Assembly: GCA_050253335.1 (NCBI GenBank)
Contig: JBFWJG010000012.1
Coordinates: 1-48,661, forward strand
Direction of reading: 5' to 3'
DNA: 48,661 nucleotides
Source: Deferribacterales bacterium
GTDB lineage: Bacteria; Chrysiogenota; Deferribacteres; Deferribacterales; Geovibrionaceae
Shown here: positions 18,287 to 27,748 of the stretch, one piece after another
Numbering within the stretch: the stretch's first letter is position 1
Layout: every line of letters begins with the position of its first letter
Made by a program: the position numbers and the translations under genes
Notes under the pieces: model-generated
Told to the model about the DNA's origin: nothing
Database searches by the model: none
What the model saw: the letters and a program-made list of their open reading frames with translations, nothing else

Positions 18287-18949
18287 ATGAGACATTTTGA
18301 AATAGAAGGAAGAACAGCTGAGGAAGCTCTGAACAGGTTTCTCGCTGAAAAAGGGATCTCAAAGGACTTTGTGGAATATGAAGTCATTGAGCAGGGCTCC
18401 AAGGGATTTCTCGGCTTCGGCAGCAAACCCGCTCTTATCAAAGTAAAATTTGATGACGGTGAGTTCCTGAAAAGAAGATCAAAGCTTCTTCTCTCCGAAC
18501 TGCTCGAAAAAGCGGGCTTCAGCGATTTCAGCATTGAAGTCAAGGAGCAGGGCAGCGATATTATCCTCAACATAAAGTCTGAGGACTCAAGCCTTCTCAT
18601 AGGCAAAACAGCACAGACGCTTGACTCTTTCCAGTATATACTGGATAAGATGCTTAAAACCGATGACAGAACCGAAACCGGTGTCGTGATCGATGTGGAA
18701 GACTACCGCCTGAGAACTGTGAAGCAGTTCAAGGAGAAAGCGGTAAGGCTCGCCAAAAATGCAGTGAAGACGGGTAAGACCGTGAAGCTTCCGCCTATGG
18801 TGACCATGATAAGAAAAGAGATTCATCTGAGCCTGAAGGAAGTCGCCGGAATTACCACCAAAAGCAAGGGCGAGGGCAACGTTAAAGAGATTCTCATAAT
18901 TCCTGAGAACAGGGTACGCAGGAGACCCCCGAGACAGAATGATAATTAA
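18287..18949 (+). CDS. jag: Jag/KhpB RNA-binding protein
   Basis: Jag_N (KGFLGFG), KH (LLIGK) and R3H (RKEIH) domains; follows yidC. Confidence 0.92.
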   Translation: MRHFEIEGRTAEEALNRFLAEKGISKDFVEYEVIEQGSKGFLGFGSKPALIKVKFDDGEFLKRRSKLLLSELLEKAGFSDFSIEVKEQGSDIILNIKSEDSSLLIGKTAQTLDSFQYILDKMLKTDDRTETGVVIDVEDYRLRTVKQFKEKAVRLAKNAVKTGKTVKLPPMVTMIRKEIHLSLKEVAGITTKSKGEGNVKEILIIPENRVRRRPPRQNDN

Positions 18950-19187
18950 GTATTTGGTCTTAGGACTCATTTTATTCGTGACTTACAAGCTCTTCGCAGG
19001 AAGGGCCAAAAAGGAAGTAAAAGGCAAGACAGAGGAACAGGCGGTGGAACTTGTTCAGGATCCCGTTAGCGGGCTCTACATAGACAAGGACACTCAGTTC
19101 AAAGTAAAATATTACGATAAGATGTACTACTTCGCCACAAAAGCGAACATGGACAAATTCATCGCGGACAAGAAGGGTGAAGAATGA
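18939..19187 (+). CDS. Membrane-anchored YHS/TRASH-like protein
   Basis: N-terminal TM helix, then [17 protein letters not shown]. Confidence 0.75.
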   Translation: MIIKYLVLGLILFVTYKLFAGRAKKEVKGKTEEQAVELVQDPVSGLYIDKDTQFKVKYYDKMYYFATKANMDKFIADKKGEE

Positions 19188-19831
19188 AAATTTTCCTTGA
19201 TACGGCAAATATAAAAGAGATTAAAGACGCAGTTGACATAGGCATAATAGACGGTGTCACAACAAACCCCTCGCTCATTGCAAAAGAGCAGGGCTGCGAT
19301 TTTAAAGAAGTTATAAAAGAGATCTGCGGAATAGTAAACGGCCCCGTAAGCGCGGAAGTCATCGCCCTTGACTGTGAAAACATGGTGAAGGAAGGCAGAG
19401 AGCTCGCAAAACTGAGCAACTATGTGGTGGTTAAGATCCCATTCACAAGAGACGGCGTCAAGGCCACAAGCATACTCGCAGCAGACGGCATAAACGTTAA
19501 CGTTACCCTTGTTTTCTCCCCCAATCAGGCGCTCCTTGCCGCAAAAGCGGGCGCGGCATACATAAGCCCCTTCGCAGGCAGGCTTGACGACATAGGCCAC
19601 GACGGGCTTGAGGTTGTTCAGCAGTGTCAGGATATAGTTTCCGCTTACGACTACGACACGGAAATTATAGCAGCCAGCATCAGAACAACCACCCATGTGC
19701 TTGACTGCGCGCTCATGGGAATCGATATCGCCACAATCCCCTACGGCGTTCTCATGCAGATGTTCAAACACCCGCTCACCGACATCGGCATTGAAAAATT
19801 CCTCGCCGACTGGAAAAAAACACAGAGCTGA
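19184..19831 (+). CDS. tal: Transaldolase (small TalC/FSA family)
   Basis: [19 protein letters not shown]; Glu in SAEV and Phe in YISPF favour transaldolase over fructose-6-phosphate aldolase. Confidence 0.93.
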   Translation: MKIFLDTANIKEIKDAVDIGIIDGVTTNPSLIAKEQGCDFKEVIKEICGIVNGPVSAEVIALDCENMVKEGRELAKLSNYVVVKIPFTRDGVKATSILAADGINVNVTLVFSPNQALLAAKAGAAYISPFAGRLDDIGHDGLEVVQQCQDIVSAYDYDTEIIAASIRTTTHVLDCALMGIDIATIPYGVLMQMFKHPLTDIGIEKFLADWKKTQS

Positions 19832-19839
19832 AAATATAC

Positions 19840-19870
19840 AGGCCGCTCCGAAAAGGGCGGCCTTTTTTTT
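19840..19870 (+). terminator. Intrinsic terminator after tal
   Basis: AGGCCGCTC-CGAAAA-GGGCGGCCT followed by a T run. Confidence 0.85.
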
Positions 19871-20324
19871 ACTGTCTTCTTGTTCCGTTCCACGGAGATG
19901 AAGGCTCATCCTCGCAGTAGCCCCATCTGCCTTTGAAGCTGTTCCCGCTGAAAACCATTTGTATCTTGCCCCAGTAGTATCTGCCGTTTATTGGATAAGC
20001 GCACTGCCTGTTGGATGAGTTTTCTATCCAGAAGCCGTTCAGAACATTTCCGCTCATTGTGCCTGTGATTTCTCCGTTATCCGGTGAATACCTGCCTGCT
20101 ACCCCGTTTCCGTTCTGAAGAAAGGTGATAGGTTCCGCCACATCGTTGTTCCATACCCCGCTTATATCCAGTTCCCCTCCAGCCTGAGTGTCCGAGAAGA
20201 CCACGGCTTTTATCCTTTCCGTGTCAAAAGACATCTGCCTCCCGTCCTTGAACAGGATGATCATCTCAGCCGCAAAAACCGGCATACAAATCAGCACCAA
20301 CACAGCAGCCAAAAATTTCTTCAT
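19869..20324 (-). CDS. Secreted hypothetical protein (beta-barrel-like GxW repeats)
   Basis: Signal peptide MKKFLAAVLVLICMPVFA; ISGVW, LNGFW, FKGRW, WNGTR; AGGAGG RBS. Confidence 0.8.
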   Translation of the reverse strand: MKKFLAAVLVLICMPVFAAEMIILFKDGRQMSFDTERIKAVVFSDTQAGGELDISGVWNNDVAEPITFLQNGNGVAGRYSPDNGEITGTMSGNVLNGFWIENSSNRQCAYPINGRYYWGKIQMVFSGNSFKGRWGYCEDEPSSPWNGTRRQ

Positions 20325-20400
20325 ACCCGACCTCCTGAAAGCCTTATATCTGATTATACAGCCGTTCAGAGATTTTAAGGCGGTCATATGCACAAAATTT

Positions 20401-20426
20401 TAAAGTTTTTTCCGCGCTGCCGATTA
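20401..20426 (+). promoter_or_regulatory. Possible sigma28 promoter
   Basis: TAAAGTTT-N10-GCCGATTA; spacer one base shorter than consensus. Confidence 0.45.
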
Positions 20427-20449
20427 GGAAAAGCACAAGGATGTGCTTT

Positions 20450-20677
20450 ATGAAAGTTACAGGAACAGGCTTCGAGTTTTACCTCACAGAAGCCCTCAAA
20501 ATGACAGCCAAAACGGATTTTGGCTCATTCGGCGAGTACATAGCGGAAAGAAACAGGATGTCCGATGAGCTTGCGGAGGAGATAGATAAATACCGCCCCG
20601 TGCAGACGGAAAAGAGCGATATGTTCCTCTCTGCGGGGGATTTCCTTGAAATGTCCGTAAGCATGAGAAAGAACTGA
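20450..20677 (+). CDS. Small hypothetical protein
   Basis: 75-aa ORF filling an intergenic gap, AAGGA upstream, behind a sigma28-like promoter; no family recognised. Confidence 0.6.
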   Translation: MKVTGTGFEFYLTEALKMTAKTDFGSFGEYIAERNRMSDELAEEIDKYRPVQTEKSDMFLSAGDFLEMSVSMRKN

Positions 20678-20839
20678 CATCCCTCTTCCGTGCCCTCAGA
20701 TTTCGAAAGCCTTCAGGCTTGCGTTCATATTTCTGTGTCCGCAGGGCGCTGAAATAATCATCTATATTCGCATAAATCCTCAGCCGCCCTTTGTATCTCT
20801 GCCTGCCTCTTCTGCATAATTCTGCGCCAGAAAACAAAC

Positions 20840-20868
20840 TTGCAAATCATTTGCAAAGAAGCTATGAT
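20840..20868 (+). promoter_or_regulatory. Sigma70 promoter overlapped by a palindromic operator (putative Zur box)
   Basis: TTGCAA-N17-TATGAT; perfect 8-1-8 palindrome TTGCAAAT-C-ATTTGCAA at 20840-20856. Confidence 0.75.
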
Positions 20869-20874
20869 TTTCTT

Positions 20875-21303
20875 ATGTCATCATGTGTTGCTTCTGATCT
20901 GTTAAGGTCAAAAAAACTTAAAATCACTGAAAGACGGGAACTTATACTCTCTCTTATCCTTGCTGCGGAACGCCCCATGAGTGCAAAGGATTTGCATGAA
21001 TCCGCAACAGAAAAAGGCAATATAGATCTGGTCACGGTTTACAGGGTAATTTCCCTTCTTCAGGAAAAAGGGCTTATCAGGGAGATTACCGGTGATTCGG
21101 GAACCTCATTCTATGAAAAAGCGTGTGAGCATAACCCTGTTCATCCCCACTTCCACTGCGGGGAGTGCGGACAGGTTTACTGCCTTGAACCGCTCACATT
21201 TGAGGAAGGACTTATCTTAGGGCGTGTGGGCAAAGGGTTCCGCATCGCCTCTGTTTCGCTGGACATTAAAGGAGTGTGTGAAAAATGCGCATCATTGCAA
21301 TGA
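20875..21303 (+). CDS. zur: Fur-family regulator, probably Zur
   Basis: TVYRVI..L, HPHFHCGECG and C-terminal CEKC; heads the znuACB operon. Confidence 0.85.
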   Translation: MSSCVASDLLRSKKLKITERRELILSLILAAERPMSAKDLHESATEKGNIDLVTVYRVISLLQEKGLIREITGDSGTSFYEKACEHNPVHPHFHCGECGQVYCLEPLTFEEGLILGRVGKGFRIASVSLDIKGVCEKCASLQ

Positions 21304-22229
21304 TTACCGGACTTTTTATGCTGTTTTCGGCATCGGCCTTCGCCTCAGATCTTAAAGCGGCTGTGAGCATAATCCCCCAGAAATACCTTGCGGATAAGAT
21401 AAGCGGCGGGCGTTTTGAAACCATGGCAGTTGTGGGCAGGGGCTCAAATCCACATAATTATGAACCCAAGCCTCAGCAGATGGTTTTTATGTCCAAGGCT
21501 CAGGTATATTTTTCCATTGATCTCTCCTTTGAGGATGTGTGGCTTGAGAAGCTTCTCTCAGCCAATAAAAATATAAAGCATGTGGACTGCGCGGATCCAA
21601 TTCCGAGATTCCCGATTTCAGGAGAAATAATTGAGGATGAGAACGGGCACGGACATGAAGAAGAGCATGAGCACAGCGAAGAACACGGGCATGAACACGA
21701 ACACGGTGAAGATGAACATCATCACCACGACCACGGCGAGCTTGACCCGCATATATGGCTTTCTCCCATGAACATGAAAATAATGGCAAAGCTTATTGCC
21801 GGAACTTTTTCCGAGATAGACCCTGCGGGCAAAAGCGTTTATGATAAAAATCTTGCCGCTCTTCTCAGGGAGATAGACAGTACGGACGCTAAGATACGCG
21901 AAAATCTGAAGAATGTGCCTGAAGGCACGCCCTTCATGGTTTTTCATCCGTCATGGGGATATTTCGCGAGCAAGTACAGCCTCCGTCAGGTGGCTGTTGA
22001 AGTGGAAGGAAAGGAACCCAAGCCCGCACAGCTCAAAAAGCTCATAGGCTATGCGAAAGAGCGCGGAATAAGGGTTGTTTTTGTTCAGCCCCAGTTCTCC
22101 AAAAAGAGCGCGCAGGCAATAGCGGTTTCCATAAAGGGGGAGGTAATCGAAATCGACCCTCTGGCATACGAGTGGAGCAGCAGCCTTATTCATGTTTCGG
22201 AAGTTCTGGCAAAGGCGCTGAAAAAATAA
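21285..22229 (+). CDS. znuA: Zinc ABC transporter substrate-binding protein with His/Glu-rich loop
   Basis: NPHNYEPKP, DPHIWLSP, FHPSWGYF and a long H/E tract. Confidence 0.9.
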   Translation: MRIIAMITGLFMLFSASAFASDLKAAVSIIPQKYLADKISGGRFETMAVVGRGSNPHNYEPKPQQMVFMSKAQVYFSIDLSFEDVWLEKLLSANKNIKHVDCADPIPRFPISGEIIEDENGHGHEEEHEHSEEHGHEHEHGEDEHHHHDHGELDPHIWLSPMNMKIMAKLIAGTFSEIDPAGKSVYDKNLAALLREIDSTDAKIRENLKNVPEGTPFMVFHPSWGYFASKYSLRQVAVEVEGKEPKPAQLKKLIGYAKERGIRVVFVQPQFSKKSAQAIAVSIKGEVIEIDPLAYEWSSSLIHVSEVLAKALKK

Positions 22230-22991
22230 ATGAACGCAATTGAAATAACTGATTTACAGTTCTCCTACGGAGAGAACCCCATTCTGACCGATGTCAGCCT
22301 CGCCCTCCCCGAGGGCGAGTTTCTTGCCGTCATAGGTCCCAACGGAGGGGGGAAATCCACCCTGCTTAAAATCATCCTCGGCATACTCCGGCAGGATGCG
22401 GGCAGTGTGCGCATATTCGGAAAAACAGTGAACGAGGCCGCAGGGCTCACAGGCTATGTTCCTCAGGATGTCTCCTCTAACAGAGGCTTCCCCATAACTG
22501 CCTTTCAGGTGGCGATGATGGGCAGAATGAGGCTTAAAGGGCGCTTTGCCCGCGCTGAAAAGGCGGATTACGCCAAGGTGCGCTCCGTTATGGAATATCT
22601 CGAAGTGGATCATCTGGCAGGTTCCCCTGTGGACAACCTCTCCGGAGGACAGAGGCAGAGGGTGTACATAGCCCGCGCCCTTGCCATGGAGCCCAGAATG
22701 CTCTTTCTGGATGAACCGACCTCCAGTGTTGACACCAAAGGGCAGAAGGATCTCTTCGACCGCCTGCGGGAGCTGAACAAAACCATGACAATAGTTGTCG
22801 TAAGCCACGATTTAAGCATTATACCCAGATACGCAACAAGCGTTGCCTGCATAAACAATAAACTCCATTTCCATTCATTGCCGGAGGTAACTCCCGAAAT
22901 GCTCCGCATGGCTTACGGCGGCACAGGGTGTGACGAGTGCGATTCCCTCGGCATACCGCAGGGTGTACACGGGGGGCATATACATGCTTGA
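22230..22991 (+). CDS. znuC: Zinc ABC transporter ATPase
   Basis: [26 protein letters not shown]. Confidence 0.9.
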   Translation: MNAIEITDLQFSYGENPILTDVSLALPEGEFLAVIGPNGGGKSTLLKIILGILRQDAGSVRIFGKTVNEAAGLTGYVPQDVSSNRGFPITAFQVAMMGRMRLKGRFARAEKADYAKVRSVMEYLEVDHLAGSPVDNLSGGQRQRVYIARALAMEPRMLFLDEPTSSVDTKGQKDLFDRLRELNKTMTIVVVSHDLSIIPRYATSVACINNKLHFHSLPEVTPEMLRMAYGGTGCDECDSLGIPQGVHGGHIHA

Positions 22992-23790
22992 AGCGCTCTC
23001 CTTCGGGTTCATGCAGAACGCTCTTCTCGCGGGTCTTTTCGCCTGCGTGGCATGCGGCGTCATCGGCACTCTGGTTGTGGTCAACCGCATTGTGTTTATC
23101 TCCGGCGGAATAGCCCACGCGGCTTACGGCGGCATAGGCCTTGCCTTTTTTCTGGGCATCTCTCCTCTGCTCGGCGCTCTGGGCTTCTCCGTTGCGGTGG
23201 GTGTTCTTGTAGCGTTTATTTCCATGAGCAACAAAAAACGGGCAGATACGGTGATAGGCGTTGTCTGGTCGCTGGGGATGGCGATAGGGATCATTCTGAC
23301 GGATCTCACCCCCGGGTATAACGTAGACCTCATGAGCTATCTCTTCGGGAGCATACTGGCCGTGCCTCAGTCGGACATATGGCTGATGGCTGTGCTCGAT
23401 ATGGCTGTGGTGATATTTATCGCCTTCTTTTTCAGGGATTTGCAGGCCATGAGCTTTGACGAGGACTTCGCGGTTTCCATCGGTGTTCCGGTCAGGCCGC
23501 TCTATTATCTGCTGATAATAATGGTGGCGCTCACCGTGGTGCTTGTAATAAGGGTTGTGGGGCTTATTCTGGTTATAGCGATGATAAGCATTCCGCCGTA
23601 CATAGCGGAGCGTTATGTGAAGGATCTGCGGCTTATGATGCTCTCCTCCGTGGGGCTGAACCTTGCGTTCACCGTCACGGGGCTGTGGCTGTCATACACT
23701 TTCAACCTCACCTCCGGTGCGGCGATAATAATGGTGGCGTCCGCCGTGTTTTTCCTCTCCGAGTTTTTCGCGAGGGCTGTTAAGCGGTAG
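22984..23790 (+). CDS. znuB: Zinc ABC transporter permease
   Basis: GIAHAAYGG, YLFGSILAV and SFDEDFA motifs of the ABC-3 permease family. Confidence 0.9.
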   Translation: MLEALSFGFMQNALLAGLFACVACGVIGTLVVVNRIVFISGGIAHAAYGGIGLAFFLGISPLLGALGFSVAVGVLVAFISMSNKKRADTVIGVVWSLGMAIGIILTDLTPGYNVDLMSYLFGSILAVPQSDIWLMAVLDMAVVIFIAFFFRDLQAMSFDEDFAVSIGVPVRPLYYLLIIMVALTVVLVIRVVGLILVIAMISIPPYIAERYVKDLRLMMLSSVGLNLAFTVTGLWLSYTFNLTSGAAIIMVASAVFFLSEFFARAVKR

Positions 23791-23791
23791 C

Positions 23792-24946
23792 CTATCTCAC
23801 CTTCTCAAGGACTGCGGCGAAGAACCCGTCGCAGTTCGATTTTGAAGGGTCGGACACGAAGTAGTCCCCCCTGATGAACTCATCCGGACAGGCAGGCTTC
23901 ACCGCCCTGAAATCAGGATATTCAGTAAGGAAAGCGTCCACTATTTCCGTTGTTTCCTCCGGCTCGGTGGTGCACACGCTGTAGATCAGCCTCCCCTTTT
24001 TCGCCAGAAGAGCTCCGGTTTTTATCAGCATTCTTCTCTGAACCGATGCCTTCTCCCTTATCTGTCTCTCGGTGCGTATCCAGCGTATCTCAGGGTGCTT
24101 GCGCATGGTTCCGATCGCCGTGCAGGGCGCATCAAGGAGAATAAGGTCAAACGCCTCGTCCCCTTCCAGCTTCATTATATCGTTGTTTACCGGCTGAACA
24201 TTCTCAAGACCGAAGCGCTCCACAGTTTCCTCAAGCACTTCAAAGCGTTTAGGATTTATCTCAACGGCGAAAACCACAGCCTCGGGATAAGTCTTGCCCA
24301 GAATCAGCGTCTTGCCGCCCGGAGCCGCACAGCAGTCCAGAACAGACGCAGGCTCAACCCTGCCCGCCAGTGTAGGAACCATAGCGGAAGCCTTATCCAT
24401 GTAATAGAGGTTTTCAGCCTCCTCGTCATATTCCTCAACCTCCGCCACGGAAAGGTCATCCGTGTTAAGGGCGTAAAGCGGAGGAACCTGATTATACGCA
24501 GCCATCATCTTTTCCGCCGCCGTATTGCCGTATCTTTTCCGCCACCTTTCAGAAAGCCATGAGGGGAAGTTGTCACGCTCTACAGAGCCCGTCAGTATCT
24601 CCTCGCGGTTAGCTATAACCTTGCGGAGGATAGCGTTTATGAAACCGCGCTTGTTCTTGCCCACAAGGTTCACTGACTCATTAACAGCGGCGTAATCCGG
24701 CACATCGTTCATGTAAAGAAGCTGAGCCGCACCCATGACAAGCGCAGCCATCTGCTCCGGCGCGGGACGGAACTCGGTGAAACGCCCTATCGCCTTCTCT
24801 ATCGTCCCCAGATTGCGGAATATCTCGAAATACAGCTTGCGGTAAAACCTGCGCATAACCGCATCCTGAAAGTAATCTTCCCTGTACTTCTTCGAATAAT
24901 AATCTGTCAGCAGACCGTACAGCCTGCCCCGCATCTTGTCGGACAT
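23792..24946 (-). CDS. rsmB: RsmB/NOP-family RNA m5C methyltransferase
   Basis: NusB-like N-terminus; DCCAAPGGKT, LDAPC, YSVCT. Confidence 0.9.
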   Translation of the reverse strand: MSDKMRGRLYGLLTDYYSKKYREDYFQDAVMRRFYRKLYFEIFRNLGTIEKAIGRFTEFRPAPEQMAALVMGAAQLLYMNDVPDYAAVNESVNLVGKNKRGFINAILRKVIANREEILTGSVERDNFPSWLSERWRKRYGNTAAEKMMAAYNQVPPLYALNTDDLSVAEVEEYDEEAENLYYMDKASAMVPTLAGRVEPASVLDCCAAPGGKTLILGKTYPEAVVFAVEINPKRFEVLEETVERFGLENVQPVNNDIMKLEGDEAFDLILLDAPCTAIGTMRKHPEIRWIRTERQIREKASVQRRMLIKTGALLAKKGRLIYSVCTTEPEETTEIVDAFLTEYPDFRAVKPACPDEFIRGDYFVSDPSKSNCDGFFAAVLEKVR

Positions 24947-25094
24947 ATGTTTTCCTTGCTGTTTGATTTATGGTTTTAAGACAGGGTAATAAATTATTTA
25001 AACTTGAGAAACCCTTTTTTAACGAAAAAAAAGGGTTTCTCATACTCTTCCCAAAAAACTGCTTTTGGTTTTCAGTTTTTTTTATTTTTTCAGA

Positions 25095-25235
25095 TTATCC
25101 CTGCATAGCTTCTGACTTGATGATGCCGAATTTCTCATCCTGAAAATTCGGCATACACGCTCGCGGTTTGCAAAGCAAACCTTCGCTGCGCACGGCGCAT
25201 CTCCATCCTTGGAGATGTTATCCCTGCATAGCTTC
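25095..25235. repeat. 18-bp direct repeat of the htpX 3' end flanking family A copy 3
   Basis: TTATCCCTGCATAGCTTC at 25095-25112 and 25218-25235. Confidence 0.9.
25123..25217. repeat. Three-hairpin repeat family A, copy 3
   Basis: ATGCCGAATTT-C-TCA-TCC-TGA-AAATTCGGCAT; ACACGCTCGC; GGTTTGC-AAA-GCAAACC; TTCGCTGCGCACGGCG; CATCTCCA-TCCT-TGGAGATG. Confidence 0.9.
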
Positions 25236-26066
25236 CAGTCTTGCTATGCGCTCCTCCACGGGGGGGTGGGTGGAGAAAAGGTTCATTGCCTGACGGGCGG
25301 AAAAGGGATTCATTATAAACATATGGGCAGTTGCCGGCTGAGCGTCATCCATAGGCGCAGCCGCCACTCCGCCGGATATTTTGCGAAGTGCGCTTGCGAG
25401 AGCTTTCGGTTTCCCGCAGAGCTTTGCCCCTCTGGCATCAGCTATGTATTCCCTTGATCTCGAAATAGCCATCTGTATCATCATCGCAGCTATGGGCGCA
25501 ATTATCATAGCCGCAATCGCCGCGAAGGGGTTGCTGTTTTCGCCCTCGCTGTTCCTTGAACCGCCGAATATCATCGCCCATTTCGCAGTGTTTGCTATCA
25601 TCATTATAGCGCCCGCAAAAGTGGCTGCGATAGTGCCGATAAGTATGTCGCGCCCGTAGATATGCGCCAGCTCATGGGCGAGAACACCCTCAAGCTCGTC
25701 ATCGTTAAGGAGGTCAACAATACCCGTAGTCACCGCAACTGCGGCGTTTTCGGGGTTTCTGCCTGTGGCGAATGCGTTCGGCGCGGGGTTGTGGATAACG
25801 TAAACCTTGGGCATGGGTATGCCGCCCTTAGTGGTGAGATTACGCACGATGCGGTGGATGCCGGGGGCTTCCGTCTCGTCCACTTCCACCGCTTTGTACA
25901 TTTTCAGGACAATTTTGTCGCTGAACCAATAGGAGAAGAAGTTCATCCCTATGGCAAAGATGAAGGCGAACATCATTCCGCCCCTCCCGCCGATGAGGCC
26001 TCCCACAAACATGAAAAGCACAGTGAGAAGCGCCATGAAGAATGCCGTTTTCATTGAGTTGCTCAT
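25218..26066 (-). CDS. htpX: Zinc metalloprotease HtpX
   Basis: [28 protein letters not shown]. Confidence 0.97.
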   Translation of the reverse strand: MSNSMKTAFFMALLTVLFMFVGGLIGGRGGMMFAFIFAIGMNFFSYWFSDKIVLKMYKAVEVDETEAPGIHRIVRNLTTKGGIPMPKVYVIHNPAPNAFATGRNPENAAVAVTTGIVDLLNDDELEGVLAHELAHIYGRDILIGTIAATFAGAIMMIANTAKWAMIFGGSRNSEGENSNPFAAIAAMIIAPIAAMMIQMAISRSREYIADARGAKLCGKPKALASALRKISGGVAAAPMDDAQPATAHMFIMNPFSARQAMNLFSTHPPVEERIARLEAMQG

Positions 26067-26099
26067 TTTCTATACCTCGATTTTTATTATATCCGTTTT

Positions 26100-26645
26100 T
26101 TAAATACCGCCGATCTGCCTCAGCACATTTTCAATATCATCCGCGCTCACACGGGTATTGCGGCAGGGACCGTCAGGGCGGCGGTTGCATATTCCTATTA
26201 CTGGCATGGGGTATATGTCTCTGATGCCGCTGATTAAGTCCCGCTCACAGGCAACGGCTGCAATAATTTGCGGTTTTGCTTCTTTCACCAGCCTCAGTGC
26301 GGACGAACCGCCTGTAGCTATGTTTATTGATAAATTATATCTTTCTCCGGCGGATGCAAGCTTTTCTATATCACAACCGCCGCACCTTTCACACTTATAG
26401 ATGTCCGAGGTAATTTTCAGTTCACATTTTTCGTTCTGAAGGCAGTGAGGAAGGAGAATTATAACACGTTCCGGCCTCTCTGCCTTTGCACTGCGCATCA
26501 CGATTCGGTTGTTAAGCTCAATCAGCTTTGCGGAAAGATTGTCTCTGTCCGTCTTCATCAGCCTGCCAACCGCCAGAGTCAGAGGAAAGAGCGCTTTTAT
26601 CAGAAAAAATCTTGCCGGTTCCCGAATCAGCGAGGAATCAGCCAA
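26100..26645 (-). CDS. DUF116-family protein
   Basis: LLPHCLQ..C, C..CG.C, IATGG, AVACERDL, GPCRNT; commonly found next to fmt. Confidence 0.85.
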   Translation of the reverse strand: MADSSLIREPARFFLIKALFPLTLAVGRLMKTDRDNLSAKLIELNNRIVMRSAKAERPERVIILLPHCLQNEKCELKITSDIYKCERCGGCDIEKLASAGERYNLSINIATGGSSALRLVKEAKPQIIAAVACERDLISGIRDIYPMPVIGICNRRPDGPCRNTRVSADDIENVLRQIGGI

Positions 26646-27567
26646 ATGTCTTCCCTTCTTCCAGCCTGAACCCGCTGAGGAAATTTGCCGCGGGCATCCG
26701 CTTTTTGCCCTCCGCCTGAAGCTCCTTCACAATGAGTGCGCCCTTCCCGCAGGCAACTGAGAAGCTCTTCTTGGTGACGTCAAATATGGTTCCTGCGGGC
26801 TTGCCGCAGTTTTCCGCAGTATCCGCGGCGAAGAATTTGAACATCTGCCCTTCCAGCATGGAGTAAGCCACCGGCCAAGGCTGAAAGCCCCGTATCATCC
26901 TTTCTATTTCCACTGCGCTTTTGTTCCAGTCGATCAGCCCGTCCTCCTTCTTCATCATCGGCGCGTATGTATGCTCCGCGTCGTTCTGCTTTTCGGGGGT
27001 GATGGTGTCAAACTTGTCTATGGTTTCTATAAGCAGTTCCGCCCCTGTCACGGCGAGCTCCGCGAGGAGATCCTCTGTGGTTTTCCGTTCTATGGGAGTG
27101 GAGGCCTTCATCAGCATATCCCCCGTATCAAGCCCCACATCCATCAGCATAGTGGTGACCCCCGTTTCGGCCTCTCCGTTTACGATAGACCAGTTCACGG
27201 GAGCTGCGCCCCTGTACTTGGGCAGGAGGGAGAAGTGGACGTTGATCGGCGCTTTTTTCGGGGATTTCAGCACACGTTCAGAGAGTATTTTTCCGTATGC
27301 TACAACCACGAGAAAGTCTGCCTCAAGGCTTTCCAGAAGGCTCATGAACTCCTCGTTGTTTTTGAGCTTTTCCGGCTGAACAACTTTCAGCCCCGCGCTC
27401 AGGGCATATTCCTTGACAGGTGTGGGCACAAGGGCGGAGCTTCTCCCTTTGGGTTTGTCGGGCTGGGTGACCACCAGCGGCACTTCGTGCCCTTTTTCCA
27501 CTATAGCTTTAAGGGTAGGCACGGCTGTTTCCGGCGTTCCCATGAATATTATTTTCATCTGCGTCAT
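26638..27567 (-). CDS. fmt: Methionyl-tRNA formyltransferase
   Basis: FMGTP, VTQPD, NVHFSLLPKYRGAAP. Confidence 0.98.
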   Translation of the reverse strand: MTQMKIIFMGTPETAVPTLKAIVEKGHEVPLVVTQPDKPKGRSSALVPTPVKEYALSAGLKVVQPEKLKNNEEFMSLLESLEADFLVVVAYGKILSERVLKSPKKAPINVHFSLLPKYRGAAPVNWSIVNGEAETGVTTMLMDVGLDTGDMLMKASTPIERKTTEDLLAELAVTGAELLIETIDKFDTITPEKQNDAEHTYAPMMKKEDGLIDWNKSAVEIERMIRGFQPWPVAYSMLEGQMFKFFAADTAENCGKPAGTIFDVTKKSFSVACGKGALIVKELQAEGKKRMPAANFLSGFRLEEGKTFG

Positions 27568-27748
27568 CCTCTTATATATTGTCTCAAAAGCTTAATTTAT
27601 CCGTTTTTGAGCCGTGTTGTAAAGGGTATTTGCCGAGTTTTTTACAAAAGGCCCGCTCAGGCCGTTCTATTATCAGCCTATGTCCTTTTTTAAGTTGCAT
27701 TATGTTTTTTTTCCATTAAAATTTTTCCTTCACCTCGGAGGATAAATT

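Noticed and set aside
21646..21735. Low-complexity His/Glu-coding tract
   Set aside because: Ordinary feature of ZnuA proteins, not a separate repeat element.
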